NCBI GenBank assembly: GCA_964016885.1
Contig: OZ024754.1
Span: 4,464,001 to 4,528,000 of the forward strand
Reading direction: 5' to 3'
DNA length: 64,000 bases
Origin: Eledone cirrhosa
Lineage: Eukaryota
Each line of letters starts with the position of its first letter. The first letter of the stretch is position 1. Under the pieces are notes generated by a model that was not told the DNA's origin, ran no database searches, and was given only the letters and a program-made list of their open reading frames with translations. Below, piece by piece: positions 25,891 to 39,155 of the stretch. A program made the position numbers and the translations under genes.

Positions 25891-26573
25891 CCCCCTCCCT
25901 CCCCACCATACCTTATATAATCTACATCTGACCTTACCCAACATCAACTTCCAGTTGTTTATATACTTACATTTATCTCTATATACACGTATATATATAT
26001 ATACACGTATCTATAAAACTGTTGTCTTCTAACTTAAAATAATGCTCTGCTCTGATGTTTGCGACTTATACGGTAGTCTAAATTGACCTAATTCTAGTAC
26101 CAATCTTTAGTAGACCTTTATATGGAATACTGAATCACATATTAGTAGGTCATTATGTTTATCGAACAAATAAATTACCTTTTATCGAAACTATAGCAAA
26201 ATAAAAGTGCTCCTTACGATAATTAAGGGCCCACGTATGCTTGTTTACTTATTGCTGTGTCTGCGCTCGTGGGTGTATATTTATATATATGTATAATTGT
26301 ATATATTGTATATATGTTAGAGATTTAGTTTTTGTAATGAGTATATATTATTTTTTTAATAGGGAGAGCTGGAGATACGGAGTCAATGACAGTGGGCGTT
26401 TGGTTCTATTGTGTTCGAACCTGGTGTGTATATATATGTATATATTTATGGTGTATATATTTATTTACATTATATACGTTAATACGTAAACAATGTTATT
26501 ATTAACATACGATAACATTTTACTACATAAATAATGTTATATTATAAACATACATTAACAGTTTACTACATTA

Positions 26574-26682
26574 ATAATTGTTTCTACGTTAGGCACAAGG
26601 CCAGCAATTAACCAGTGTATTACTGGTACTTTATTTTATCGACCCCGTAAGGATGAAAGGCAAAGTTAACCTCGGCGGGATT
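26574..26682 (-). mobile_element. SINE family A (3' half)
   Basis: Reverse complement of family A body and tail. Confidence 0.85.
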
Positions 26683-27950
26683 ATAAACATACATTAAGTT
26701 TACTACATTAACAAAAGGAATGTTATAATAAACCTTGTCATCTCTCATACAATGTATTCCAAAATACTTTTTCTACTTTTTCCAATTTAATTTTTCAGTG
26801 TTTGCCAAGTTTTTACTTATTCGAAGAATACTGACAAAGATAAAAAGAGTTTCTACTTTAAATATACGGCCAGCAATTTAGGGGTAAAGAAACTCGACCA
26901 AAGCGACATTTGAACTCGGGTGTAAAAAGCCGGAATAATACTAAACATAAGCAGACGAAATATTGTTCTTAAACATTTTCTATACCGAACCGGCTTAATT
27001 CGACCCAGCTTTTATAATACAAATTAGTTTATTTCTTAATTGTTAATATTTATCTAAAGAAAACCTCCAACATAATTTCATATAATTCTCTTTAAATTAA
27101 GCTTTAAACACAAACAAAATAATGCGAAAGTTACGCTATCAGTTCTCTCGAAATTTGATGACGTTTGAAATTATTCGCAATGCATTAAATGCTTGTTATC
27201 GTAAGTGTTTTAACTAAAATACACTCATTTCTCACATTTAAGTACATTAAATATATCATCCACCTATAGAACATTGTATTTCGCCGAAACTTACCCTTTT
27301 TAAATGTCTCTGTACATTTTAATTCTTTGAAAGGTTCTTCGTTTCTTGCAGAGAAATTACTTGAAAAAACATGGACGACTAAAACGGACAGCAACTTTGG
27401 TGACGTCACAATTTTTTGCGTATCACCTGACCGCTACAAGCTGTGACGTCACCAAAGATTACTGATCAAATTCAAAGGCGTTTAAACCCTGTAGTATCCA
27501 AACCGGCTGTATCCGCCCACCTCTTTCGGTTCAAACCAGCTCTATCCGGCCATTCATACTTATGTTAAGGTATTGTTCTCAAAATAAATATAATAATCTC
27601 ATAGATCGTTATTATGTGATATAATTATGTGAGATAACGATTTTAAACTAAAACAATGTATTCCCGTCTGACCAACAAACTTTACCAATATTAGACAATG
27701 TAAGTCATTTGTTTAACATTTTATAAGAATTATTATACTAACTATATATATATTTTTTACATATATTAACACTAAAAATACATAAATATAATTATAATCT
27801 TCCTCTACTGAACACTTCCCAATATACTCATTTATATAAATGAGATAGGGTTAGTTCTCGAATACAATTAGATTATAACTACACTTCATTCTATAGACAG
27901 GTTTGTTTCCTTTCATAGATAAATTATTTGTAGGTGTGTGTATATATCTA

Positions 27951-27988
<38 letters not shown>

Positions 27989-28087
27989 TATGTAGGAGGG
28001 GAGTTTATTGTAGCACAATAAATCATATATGTTGATTTAAAACTTCACTATTCACAAGTGTTTTTTAAGCTTCATATCATGTATCCC

Positions 28088-28158
28088 TATTTTATCTGAT
28101 GAAAACGCAGATATCATCCCAGGATGATATTTGTTTTTGAAATGCGGATAATAAAATA
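28088..28158 (+). ncRNA. Type-I hammerhead ribozyme motif
   Basis: tattttat-CTGATGA-aaacgcagatatcatcc.aggatgatatttgtttt(t)-GAAA-tgcgga-TA-ataaaata; 8-bp stem I; paralog at 55913. Confidence 0.75.
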
Positions 28159-28188
28159 CTTGGAACTCTTTTAACCATCTTTTGATCT

Positions 28189-28272
<84 letters not shown>

Positions 28273-28426
28273 AAAACAGCGGGGTTATATCCCTAGTAAA
28301 TAGAGAATTCAGTCCAGAGGAGGATTTCGGTATAGAGTTGGTTCCACAACAAATTAGCAAACCAAGACTTGTTAATGTGTTGTGGAACTAACTCTCTCTC
28401 TCTATGCTCATTATGCCCTCCCTCTC

Positions 28427-28468
<42 letters not shown>

Positions 28469-28532
28469 ACAGTCTTCTTCCAGTATTAATTTAAACTCTT
28501 GGTTTGCTAATTTGTTGTGGAAGTCTCTCTCG

Positions 28533-28569
<37 letters not shown>

Positions 28570-28570
<1 letters not shown>

Positions 28571-28690
28571 CCTGATGATTTCTTTCGAATGAAACAGTTC
28601 TAGTCCTGTAGAAGCCATTTCTATATTAAATATTTATACTCTATGTATTGAGTACCTTACTTACTGTGGTTACCCCCGATTGAACCCAGG

Positions 28691-28692
<2 letters not shown>
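28570..28692 (+). mobile_element. HHR-bearing repeat truncated at stem I
   Basis: CTGATGA-tttctttcgaat-GAAA-cagttcta-GTC directly after (TA)n; family shared with 8110 and 15917. Confidence 0.55.
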
Positions 28693-28753
<61 letters not shown>

Positions 28754-28756
<3 letters not shown>

Positions 28757-29298
28757 GCCAGCAATTACCTCAGTGTATTACTGGTACTTTATTTTATCGA
28801 CCTCGTAGGAATGAATGGCAAAGTTAACCCCGGCGGGATTTGAACTTAGAATGTAAAGGGTCGTTATTCAATGTCACAGTGCATGTTGTTTGACGCTCTA
28901 CCGATATAACTATACTGCCAATACACCACCCTACTATGTGTATAAATAATTGTTTCTACTTTTGACCCAAGGCCAGCAATTATCCCAGTACATTACTGGT
29001 ACTTTATTTTATCGACCCCGCAAGAATGAAAGGCAAAGTTAACCTCGGCGGGATTTGAATTCGTATCATAAAGGGGCGTAACTCTCTCCGACTCTCTACC
29101 GATACACCACACTTAATGATTTCTTATATAGGCATATATAGCACTAAAGCATTATTATTTATTTCATTATATATATTTCAGTGATACTAAACTACAGTAT
29201 CCCTGCTTCATGTAAGAATAATGTAAAGGGTCTTAACTCTATGCTGCAAAGCATGGCGTCCGGCGCTCTACCGATGTAGCTATACTGCCTATCCACTA
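28754..29298 (-). mobile_element. Cluster of SINE family A copies (28754-28921, 28946-29108, head only 29213-29298)
   Basis: Three same-orientation copies of the family A consensus. Confidence 0.85.
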
Positions 29299-29584
29299 TC
29301 CTACTGTGTGTATAAATATTGCTTAACCAATATCTGTTTACCATGTATACATAAATAAACACCATTGTTGTGTTTGTTTTATGTTTCAATTTATAAGAAT
29401 AACATTAGTTCTTTTGGAAAGATAATAGTCTTTGAAACTAATTCTTTGTGTATTTATCTTTGGACAATAAACTGTTAATAATTATCCTTGGTGTCTAAGC
29501 CACATTTGTAAATATATCTGAAAACGTAGTCTTTTTAACTCTCGCTGTGTTTTCTATTAACATAAAGACCTTCTTTATTAGCTA

Positions 29585-29765
29585 TGTTGGGGCTTGTGGC
29601 CTAGTGGTTAGGGTACAGTCTCAAGATTGTATGTTCAGGGATTTGATTCATGGACTGAGGAGGGCGTTGTGTTCTTGAACAGAATACTTTATTTTCCGTC
29701 GTTCTTTCTGCCGGGAGATGCGATCGGAAGATAGTATCAGCTTAGGAAAGCCCAATAATTGTTTC
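29585..29765 (+). mobile_element. SINE family B (diverged)
   Basis: gtggcctagtggttaggg A box; gttgtgttcttgaacagaatacttt CORE-like motif. Confidence 0.65.
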
Positions 29766-30347
29766 TTTGTCCTGAACTGTAGATCAGCCCACTATTATTC
29801 CCTTATTAACTATAAACCTCATTTGATATTAGATTATCCAGTGTGATTAAATTAACATATAATGTACAGGAAGAATGTTTGGAACGAAACGAACCGAGCG
29901 AAGTTTGGAATTAAAATTGCAATAGAAGTTTCACCGTAACATAGTCTGATAATGGGGCATATAAACCCATGTTTTCCAGTTCAGTAGGTTTATACACTCT
30001 ATAATTAGACTATAACTTTGATAACCTTCGGCCAGTATTGGCCCAGGCAATGTCTAACTTAACAGCACCACATGGCGAAATATTTAGTCAAAATATTACG
30101 GCGAAACTTCTATTTCTATTTCAAACATATGATGTTGTATTTCAAATCCATCCACGTGTTACGGTTTCACATCAGACTCGCAGAAGCATCAGACTTTGAT
30201 ACTCCTGCAAATGTGCAGGTGAAATTAAGCGTTTCATGTCTGAGAGACATGCGCCATATCCACTGTAGAATATGCTCAAAGATTCCAATGAATAGATCCG
30301 AGCATTTTATATTAACTATATATATATATATGTGAATCAATGTCTAG

Positions 30348-30417
<70 letters not shown>

Positions 30418-30501
30418 CGATGAATTTGTTTTGCAAGTTTTTTTACATGAAATCGTGTGTTGAAACAAATATTGTTAAATTTGAGGAGGGTCATATTGTT
30501 A

Positions 30502-30690
30502 TCATCATCATCCGGCGACCTCAGGCGAGATGGACTAAATAATTGATCTCCACGTGGGTCTGTCGTTCATTGCCATTGCCAAGTTCTGGATTTCAATACC
30601 AGAATCTCTGGAGATGACATCGGTGTAGGAGAGCTTGCGCCCCCTGTTATTAGTGACTGCTTGTGGTTTCCAAAGCACTAATTGTTAGAG
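30502..30690 (-). mobile_element. RTE-clade LINE 3' end (second family)
   Basis: Minus: LVLWKPQAVTNNRGRKLSYTDVISRDSGIEIQNLAMAMNDRPTWR followed by a (GAT)n tail. Confidence 0.75.
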
Positions 30691-31328
30691 TTAATTGGAC
30701 TGCATTTCAACCGCTGGTCAGTCAGTGATAAACATTGATTGCCAGCTAAATTAACTGTAGGGATATAAAATATACAGAAGCGAAAACCAATCCAAACCAA
30801 ACAGTGAGTGTGTTTTATAATATATTTCTGGCAATATTGTAATAATATGACCCTCCCCAAATATAACTATATATATATATATATATATATGTGCCTGTGT
30901 ATATATTTGTATATGTTAATAACTATATATATATATATATATATGTGCCTGTGTATATATTTGTATATGTTACTTTACTTGGGCACCATGTCTTCAAGTT
31001 CGAGAATTAATCTCTCTCATCTCCAACTGAAAAATCATTTAGAACAATATTGGTTCCTCAGAGGAATTTTCTGCTGCAGCTGTTAATATGCTTAAGTTAG
31101 TTGCACATTATATCCTCTTTTCTCTCCCCTTCTCTCTCTGTATGTGTGTATATAATATATATATATATAGAGAGAGAGAGAGGGAGAAAGAATATATATA
31201 TATATATATATATACATACATACATACATACATACCTTCTCGCTCGCTCGCTCTATCTCCCTCTCTTTCTCTCTGTATATATATATATATATTCCTTCTT
31301 ACTCGCTTTCTCTCTCTCCCTCTGTCTA

Positions 31329-31373
<45 letters not shown>

Positions 31374-31458
31374 CTTCTTACTCTCTTTCTCTCTCTATCT
31401 CTCTCTCCCTCTATCTATATAGATATATATATATATAGATACATACATACATATACTC

Positions 31459-31550
31459 ACAGGGTGCCCCCCCCCCAAAAAAAAAAATTGTATACACAAT
31501 TCAACAGTATCCTAATCGAAGTGTGTATACATTTTTGGGGGACACCCTGT
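31459..31550. mobile_element. MITE family M1
   Basis: cagggtgcccc ... gggggacaccctg TIRs. Confidence 0.75.
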
Positions 31551-31840
31551 TTATATATTCCCTCTCACTCTTTCTCACCCCCACCCCATAAACTCTTATC
31601 CTCTCTGAGACTCTTTCATAAACAACAACCTCCTCTCTCTGTATACCCTTGTTTCTATGTTCCCGTCCCTCTCACTCTCTATCTCAACCCCTCCCTATTT
31701 CTCCCTGTCTCACCACACCCTCTTTCTCTCTTTCTCTTTCTCTCCCTCTCTCTCTCTCTCCCTCTCTCTCTCAAACACTGACCCCTCACAACCACAGATT
31801 TATATAGGTGTTGATATCAGTTCATTATTTCTCAACTGTG

Positions 31841-32021
31841 GGTGGATTGGCAGTATCGGTAGAGGGTCGGACGCCATGCTTTCCAGCATAGTTACGTCCC
31901 TTTGCGGTCTGAGTGCAAATCCCGCCGAGGTTAACTTTGCTTTTCATCCTTACGGGGTCGATAAAATAAAGTACCAGTAATGTACTGGGTTATTGATGGC
32001 CTTGTGCCAAAAGTAGAAACA
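31841..32021 (+). mobile_element. SINE family A, full length with TSD
   Basis: 17-bp TSD attatttctcaactgtg at 31824-31840 and 32022-32038. Confidence 0.92.
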
Positions 32022-32197
32022 ATTATTTCTCAACTGTGTGAGTGAATAGTCACTTTTACTATTATAGACTTTCTGATGAATTGTGATAAAGTATTGCATA
32101 TAATTGAACAATACATATGTACACGATTATAACAGACACAGAAACATTTGTTAAAGCAAATAAATTACTCTGGAGCATCCTTAAAAACATGTAATAA

Positions 32198-32582
32198 GGG
32201 TTTCTATATTTGGCACAAGGTCAGTAAATTTAGAGGAGAGGAAAATCAAATTGACTTTCTTTTTTGGACCCTGGAAGGATGAAAAATGAAGTTGACCCCT
32301 GCAGGAATGAACTCAGAACTTAAGGAACTGGGACAAATAAACAAATACAGCGATACAGCAAAATGTTAATTTAGCGTTCTATCAAAAGTCCTTAACAACG
32401 TTTTTACTTTTGGCACAAGGCCAGCAATTACCCCAGTGCATTACTGGTACTTTATTTTATTGACCTCGTAAAGATGAAAGCAAAAGTTAACCTCGGCTGG
32501 ATTGAACTCAGAACGTAAAGGGCCATAACTCTATGTTGCAAAGCATGCTGTCTGACGCTCTAATGATACTGCCAAACCACGG
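32198..32582 (-). mobile_element. Old SINE variant (32198-32345) plus SINE family A (32400-32582)
   Basis: ttggcacaagg...ggatgaaa...gaactcagaa motifs. Confidence 0.75.
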
Positions 32583-32593
32583 TCCTTAATAAG

Positions 32594-32656
<63 letters not shown>

Positions 32657-32715
32657 TGTAAAAGGTAAACAGAAATAACAACACAATCGGTACAATGTAT
32701 GGAAGGAATATATTG

Positions 32716-32751
32716 GGTCAACGTTTCGGACGTTAGTCCTTCATCAGAAGA
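32716..32751 (-). ncRNA. Minimal hammerhead ribozyme motif in element 32652-32805
   Basis: Minus: tctt-CTGATGA-a-ggac-taac-gtcc-GAAA-CG-TT; 3' strand of stem I altered; paralog of 59280. Confidence 0.65.
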
Positions 32752-32837
32752 AAGAATGAAAAATAAGATAGATTGAAGGGATGGGCATGGTGCAATTGGA
32801 AAAAATACACACACACGCACATATATATATACATACA

Positions 32838-32891
<54 letters not shown>

Positions 32892-33321
32892 GGTGAGTAG
32901 TGGCTTTCTGAAACTTATCAGTCATTTATCATACATACATACATACATCGAGAGGGAGGGAGGGAGAGAGAGAGAGGGATGAGACTACTAGATAGATAAG
33001 AGTGATAGATTGAGAAAGAGAATGAAACTGAAGTGTTTACATTTGTCGTGCTACCCAAATATTTGGGTGAACTGAGGGATAGTAATTTAGGTTCTGTGAA
33101 GGAATGTACCTCTGGTCTTGTTAGAAGCTCAGAATACCAGAGATGTACCCTTCTTCTACTGCCCTGCCACTAAACGAATATTTCTACAATACCATCTTGC
33201 CTTTTGTTTCTTATCTTGGAGCCAAAATGGGACCCTTTATTTGGACGTTAGATATGTTAGAAATAGCAGTTAAATCACTCTTAAATGAAAATACCATAGT
33301 CTTAAGAATGTAACATTGAAT

Positions 33322-33462
33322 AATTGGTTCTACTTTAGGCACAATACCAGCAATTTTGGGAGAGGGGAAAGTTGATTAAATTGACCCCAGTTCACGTCTG
33401 GTACTATATTTTATCGATCAAGTAAGGATGAAAGGCAAAGCTAACTTCAGAAGGGTTCAAAT
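33322..33462 (-). mobile_element. Old SINE variant related to family A
   Basis: ggcacaat.ccagcaattt...ctggtac...ttttatcga...aggatgaaaggcaaag. Confidence 0.65.
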
Positions 33463-34278
33463 TGTGGCTCTATCATGTGTACAACTGAAGTTATTTTCGT
33501 TTCACAATTACACAAGGGTTATATAAACATGCCATATATACATATATGTGTACGCATATTTGTATGTATGTATGTGTGCATATACGTATTCATATATGTA
33601 TATATATATATAAGTTCTGTCTGTGTGTTTTATGTCTTCTATAATTATGCCATGTATTTCATTTGCTGTCCAAATATTTTTCTGTCTGTTCGAAAATTTG
33701 TCTTCTCCTCTATCTCCAATTTTTTTTTTTTTTTTTCTATCTTCAAAAACCTTCCAAAATTTTCGCTGCTTTCGCTTTCTATTCAAAAGAATGTTAAGTA
33801 AAAGGTTGTTGCTGTTGCTACTATGTTTAGTGTTGTTATTGTTATTGTTATAGTGGTAGTATTAGTAGTAGTAGTTGGTGGTAGGTGGTGGTAGTAGTAG
33901 TGCCCGTGGTGGTGTATTCGCATAAACAAAACTAAAACAAGAAAAATAAATGGGAAAGACACAAAATAGACACCCATTTCAAGAAGGTTCTATGTTTTGG
34001 AGAGAGGTGGGGGTTGTTTGACTCCCTTTAGCTAACACCAAAAGAAACACTGCTGCAGTGAAATAAACCCCTTGTGGCTTCAGGATAAAAAAAAAATTGA
34101 AGGCTGGGGGTTCGTGGTGTAAATGATACGCAAGGTCTGAGAAGTGGAGATAGTATTTCTGTCTTAGCCTACATATATCACAGGGGGACTTTACTTTGTC
34201 TGTCTGTCAACGTAAGGGTATGCAGCCATCGCCCTCTCTCTCTCTCTCCCCCTCTCCCCCCTCCCTCTCTCTCATTAT

Positions 34279-34279
<1 letters not shown>

Positions 34280-34317
<38 letters not shown>

Positions 34318-34936
34318 AAATATATTTATATATATTTATAAATGTATATATAAATAAGTATATATATATATATACACACACACATTCATTTATATATATA
34401 CATACTTATATACATATTCATATATATATATGAATATGTATATAAGTATGTATATATATAAATGAATGAATGTGTGTGTATGTATATATATATATATAAA
34501 TATGTATATATATAAATATGTATATATATAAATATGTATATATATGTCTATATATATATGTATATATATGTATATATATAAATATGTATATATATAAATA
34601 TGTATATATATGTCTATATATATATGTATAAATATGTATATATATAAATATGTATATATATGTCTATATATATATGTATATATATGTATATATATAAATA
34701 TGTATATATATATGTCTATATATATATGTATATATATGTATATATATAAATATGTATATATATATATGTCTATGTATATATATAAATATGTATATATATG
34801 TCTATATATATGTATATATATGTATATATATAAATATGTATATATATATGTCTATGTATATATATAAATATGTATATATATGTCTATATATATATGTATA
34901 TATATGTATATATATAAATATGTATATATATATGTC

Positions 34937-34967
<31 letters not shown>

Positions 34968-35368
34968 GTATATATATAAATATGTATATATATGTCTATA
35001 TAAATATGTATATATGTCTATATATATATATATGTATATATATGTATATATATAAATATGTATATATATGTCTATATAAATATGTATATATGTCTATATA
35101 TGTATATATATGTATATATATAAATATGTATATATATATGTCTATATATATATATATATATATGAATATATATATATATGTATATATATGTATATATATA
35201 AATATGTATATATATATGTCTATATATATATATATATATATGAATATATATATATATGTATATATAGGTATATATATAAATGTCTATATATGTCTATATA
35301 TATATATATGAATATGTATATATATGTCTATATATATATGTATATATATATATGTCTATATATATATG

Positions 35369-35414
<46 letters not shown>

Positions 35415-35600
35415 TATGTATATATATAAATAAATATATATTATATATATGAATATGTATATATATAAATAAATATATATTATATATATGAATATGTATA
35501 TATATAAATAAATATATATTATATATATGCATATATATATATATATATGTGTGTGTGTATATATATATACATATATATGTGTTTGTGTGTGTATATATGA
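34280..35600. repeat. AT-rich satellite of tatataaatatgtatata/tgtctata units
   Basis: Direct inspection. Confidence 0.9.
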
Positions 35601-36794
35601 TATATTTATGTGTGTGTTGCGCACATGCTTTATTTTTGGCGCAAATTACTTTCTTACCATCCGTTCTTATTGCAGTCACTATATTTTTTCTGTTCTTCTG
35701 TTATATAGTAACATAACTGAGAAGGGTTTTCTTTCTTTCTTTCTGTCTTTACCTCACTTCAACTCTCCCTCTCTCTCTCGCTTCAACTCTCAGCCTTTCT
35801 CTCTCTTTAACTCTCACCCTCTTCACCACTCTCTCTCTCTTCAACTCTCACCCTCTCTCTCTCTTTCTTCAACTCTCACCCCTCTCTCCCTCTCTTTCTC
35901 TCAATCTCTTCATCCCTACCCTCTCTGTCATTATCTTCAACTCTCTCTCTCTCTCTCTCTTCACCTCTCCCTCTTTCTTTCTTTTTTCCTCTCTCTCAAC
36001 TTTCTTCAACTCTCCCCTCTCTCTCTCTTCAGCTCTCTCTTTTTCTCCTTACAACACCCTCTCTCTCTTCACCTCTCCCTCACCTCTTCAGCTCCCTCTC
36101 CCTTCACCCTCCCCCCTCTCTCTCTCTCTTTGTGGGTGTTTTGATATGGTTTGGTTTTCGAAAAACTTATTAACCACATGATAGACCTTATATCCCTGAG
36201 AGACAGAACGATACTTACTTCATGAAATCTGAAGATTTTTCTGAAGATTCCTACTATTACCAAGAATGATAAGAACTTTACTGAACACTCTATACGTCTT
36301 TGTCTCATCTGGTCTAGTGTTCGCTTGATTCTTCTGAGGGCTTTTCATTTATTTTTATTATCTACTTCCGTGATAATTCTATTAGATTAATTTCGGGATT
36401 CTAAAACAGGATCTATCCTATCATACTATTATCAGTCTAAAATGGAGTTAGATTGACAATGAGCATGTTGAAACCCTAGAAACTGTAACGTCACATCTGC
36501 TTTTGCATCATCAAATCTTTTATTTTTGTTCACCGCCTCTTTTGTTCTTTTTGCTCTCTCTCCCTCTGGAGTATTGGGTGACGAGAGATCTCCAATCCGC
36601 ATATCTGCAAGCCCTAAACGTAGGTCTGCTCGCAGGCTAGGCTTACTTTTTGTTTGAGCTTTCTCCACAGACCCCAACGATGTCTTTATGGTTTTACGTT
36701 GCTTCCTTTACCATTTTTTTAGTGCTTCCATTTGAGAGAGGGACTTGCTAGTTTCTTTGTTTAGCTGGCCTCCTCCAATGTATATCTCGTTGGG

Positions 36795-36980
36795 GGTGTC
36801 TTGGGTGATTTAATGATAGGGACCCCAGTCCTATCATCTCATTTCTACAGCTAAGTAAGCTGGAGCAACGTGAAATAAAGTGTCTTGCTCAAGGAAACAA
36901 CACATCACCCGGTCCGAGAATTGCACTCACAACCTTTCGATTGCAAGCCTAATGCCCTAACCACTAAGCCATGCGCCTTG
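36795..36980 (-). mobile_element. SINE family B variant
   Basis: Minus: ggcgcatggcttagtggttagggc head, ccttgagcaagacactttatttcacgttgctcc. Confidence 0.8.
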
Positions 36981-37130
36981 TAGCACGCGCCTTGACATGT
37001 GTAGCACATTGTCAAACATACTCCAACGTCGACATGTGATGGTAACCCGTCGGTATCTCAGTTCGGCCATTTTCATAACCTCTACATTTAAGTGGTCAGG
37101 CCAAGACATTGTAAGTAATGTCCAAAAGCA

Positions 37131-38025
37131 ACGTGAAGTTCTGTAAGTTTGGCCTTAGTATAGGTCTAACATCTATGGAAGACATGTACAGTTCTGTAGG
37201 TTTGACCTTAGTATAGGTCTAATCTATAGAAGACATGTAAAGTTCAGTAGGTTTGACCTTAGTATAGGTCTAATCTATGGACAACATGTACAGTTCAGTA
37301 GGTTTGACCTTACTATAGGTCTAATCTATGGACGACATGTACAGTTCTGTAGGTTTGACCTTAGTATAGGTCTAATCTATGGACGACATGTACAGTTCAG
37401 TAGGTTTGACCTTACTATAGGTCTAATCTATGGACGACATGTACAGTTCTGTAGGTTTGACCTTAGTATAGGTCTAATCTATAGAAGACATGTAAAGTTT
37501 TGTAGGTTTGACCTTAGTATAGGTCTAATCTATGGACGACATGTACAGTTCAGTAGGTTTGACGTTACTATAGGTCTAATCTATGGACGACATGTACAGT
37601 TCTGTAGGTTTGACCTTACTATAGGTCTAATCTATGGACGACATGTACAGTTCTGTAGGTTTGACCTTAGTATAGGTCTAGTCTATAGAAGACATGTAAA
37701 GTTCTGTAGGTTTGACCTTAGTATAGGTCTAATCTATAGAAGACATGTAAAGTTCAGTAGGTTTGACCTTAGTATAGGTCTAATCTATGGACGACATGTA
37801 CAGCTCAGTAGGTTTGACCTTACTATAGGTCCTATCTATGGACGACATGTGCAGTTCTGTAGGTTTGACCTTAGTATAGGTCTAATCTATGGAAGACATG
37901 TAAAGTTCAGTAGGTTTGACCTTAGTATAGGTTTAACGTCTATGGAAGACATGTACAGTTCTGTAGGTTTGACCTTAGTATATGTCTAACATCTATGGAA
38001 GACATCTACAGTTCTGTAGGGTTCG
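37131..38025. repeat. 51-bp minisatellite, ~17 copies
   Basis: Unit acatgtacagttctgtaggtttgaccttagtataggtctaatctatggacg with linked variants. Confidence 0.95.
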
Positions 38026-38776
38026 ACCCCAGTATGAGACTGGTACATTTATCAATATCGAAATGGTGAAACACAACGTTAACCTTCGCATCATTAGAGC
38101 ACCGACAACGAGGAGGAAGATTGCGTGGCATTTTATCCGACGTTGTAACGACTCCGCTATATCACCGAAAACACGCACACATACACGCATGCACACATAC
38201 ACGCATGCACACATAAACGCACGCATACATACACACACGCATACATACATACACTCGCACATACATACACGCATACATACATACATGCACACATACATAC
38301 ATACATACATACATACATACACGCACACATACACGCATACATACACACACTCACACATACATACACTCACACATACATACACTCACACATACATACACGC
38401 ATACATACATACATACACGCATACATACATGCATACATACATACATACATACACGCATACATACATACATACATACACATATACATACATACATACACAC
38501 ATGATGGCTGCCCCTTCGTTATAAAGTATGGCCATTGCACAATATAACATTATTAATAATTATTAATTAATGCTAATGTGCAATGTCTGTGCGTGAAGAT
38601 ATTTTTTTAAAGTGAGGAAAGACTGTGCACTGAGCCAATCCCACTCTCTGGGCGACAGTAGCTATAACCTGAAAAGAAGAAAAGATCAACATCATCGGTG
38701 ACTACTAAGTTCACACACACACACACACACACACAGCGATAAATTACTTATCAAGATACATTACTTAAATATAATA

Positions 38777-38962
38777 TTATTGTTTCTACTTTTGGCACAA
38801 GGCCAGCAATTACCCAGTACATTACTGATACTTTATTTTATCGACCCCGTAAGGATGAAAGGCAAAGTTAACCCCGACGGGATTTGAACTCAGACCATAA
38901 AGGGCCGTAAATCTATGCTGCAAAGCATGACATCCGACCCTCTACCGATATTGCCAATCCAC
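38777..38962 (-). mobile_element. SINE family A
   Basis: Full-length reverse complement of the consensus. Confidence 0.9.
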
Positions 38963-38973
38963 GACCCCGTCTA

Positions 38974-39155
38974 ATAATTGTTTCTACTTTTGGCACAAGG
39001 CCAGCAATTATCTCAGTGCATTACTGGTACTTTATTTCATCGACCCCGTAAGGATGAAAGGCAAAGTTTACCTAGGCGGGATTTGAACTCAGAATGGCAA
39101 GGGCCCTAACGTCAAAGCATGGTGTCCGACCCTCTACCGATACTGCCAATCCACT
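38974..39155 (-). mobile_element. SINE family A whose head continues into the 45-bp array
   Basis: Body and tail intact; its head is the first array unit. Confidence 0.9.
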
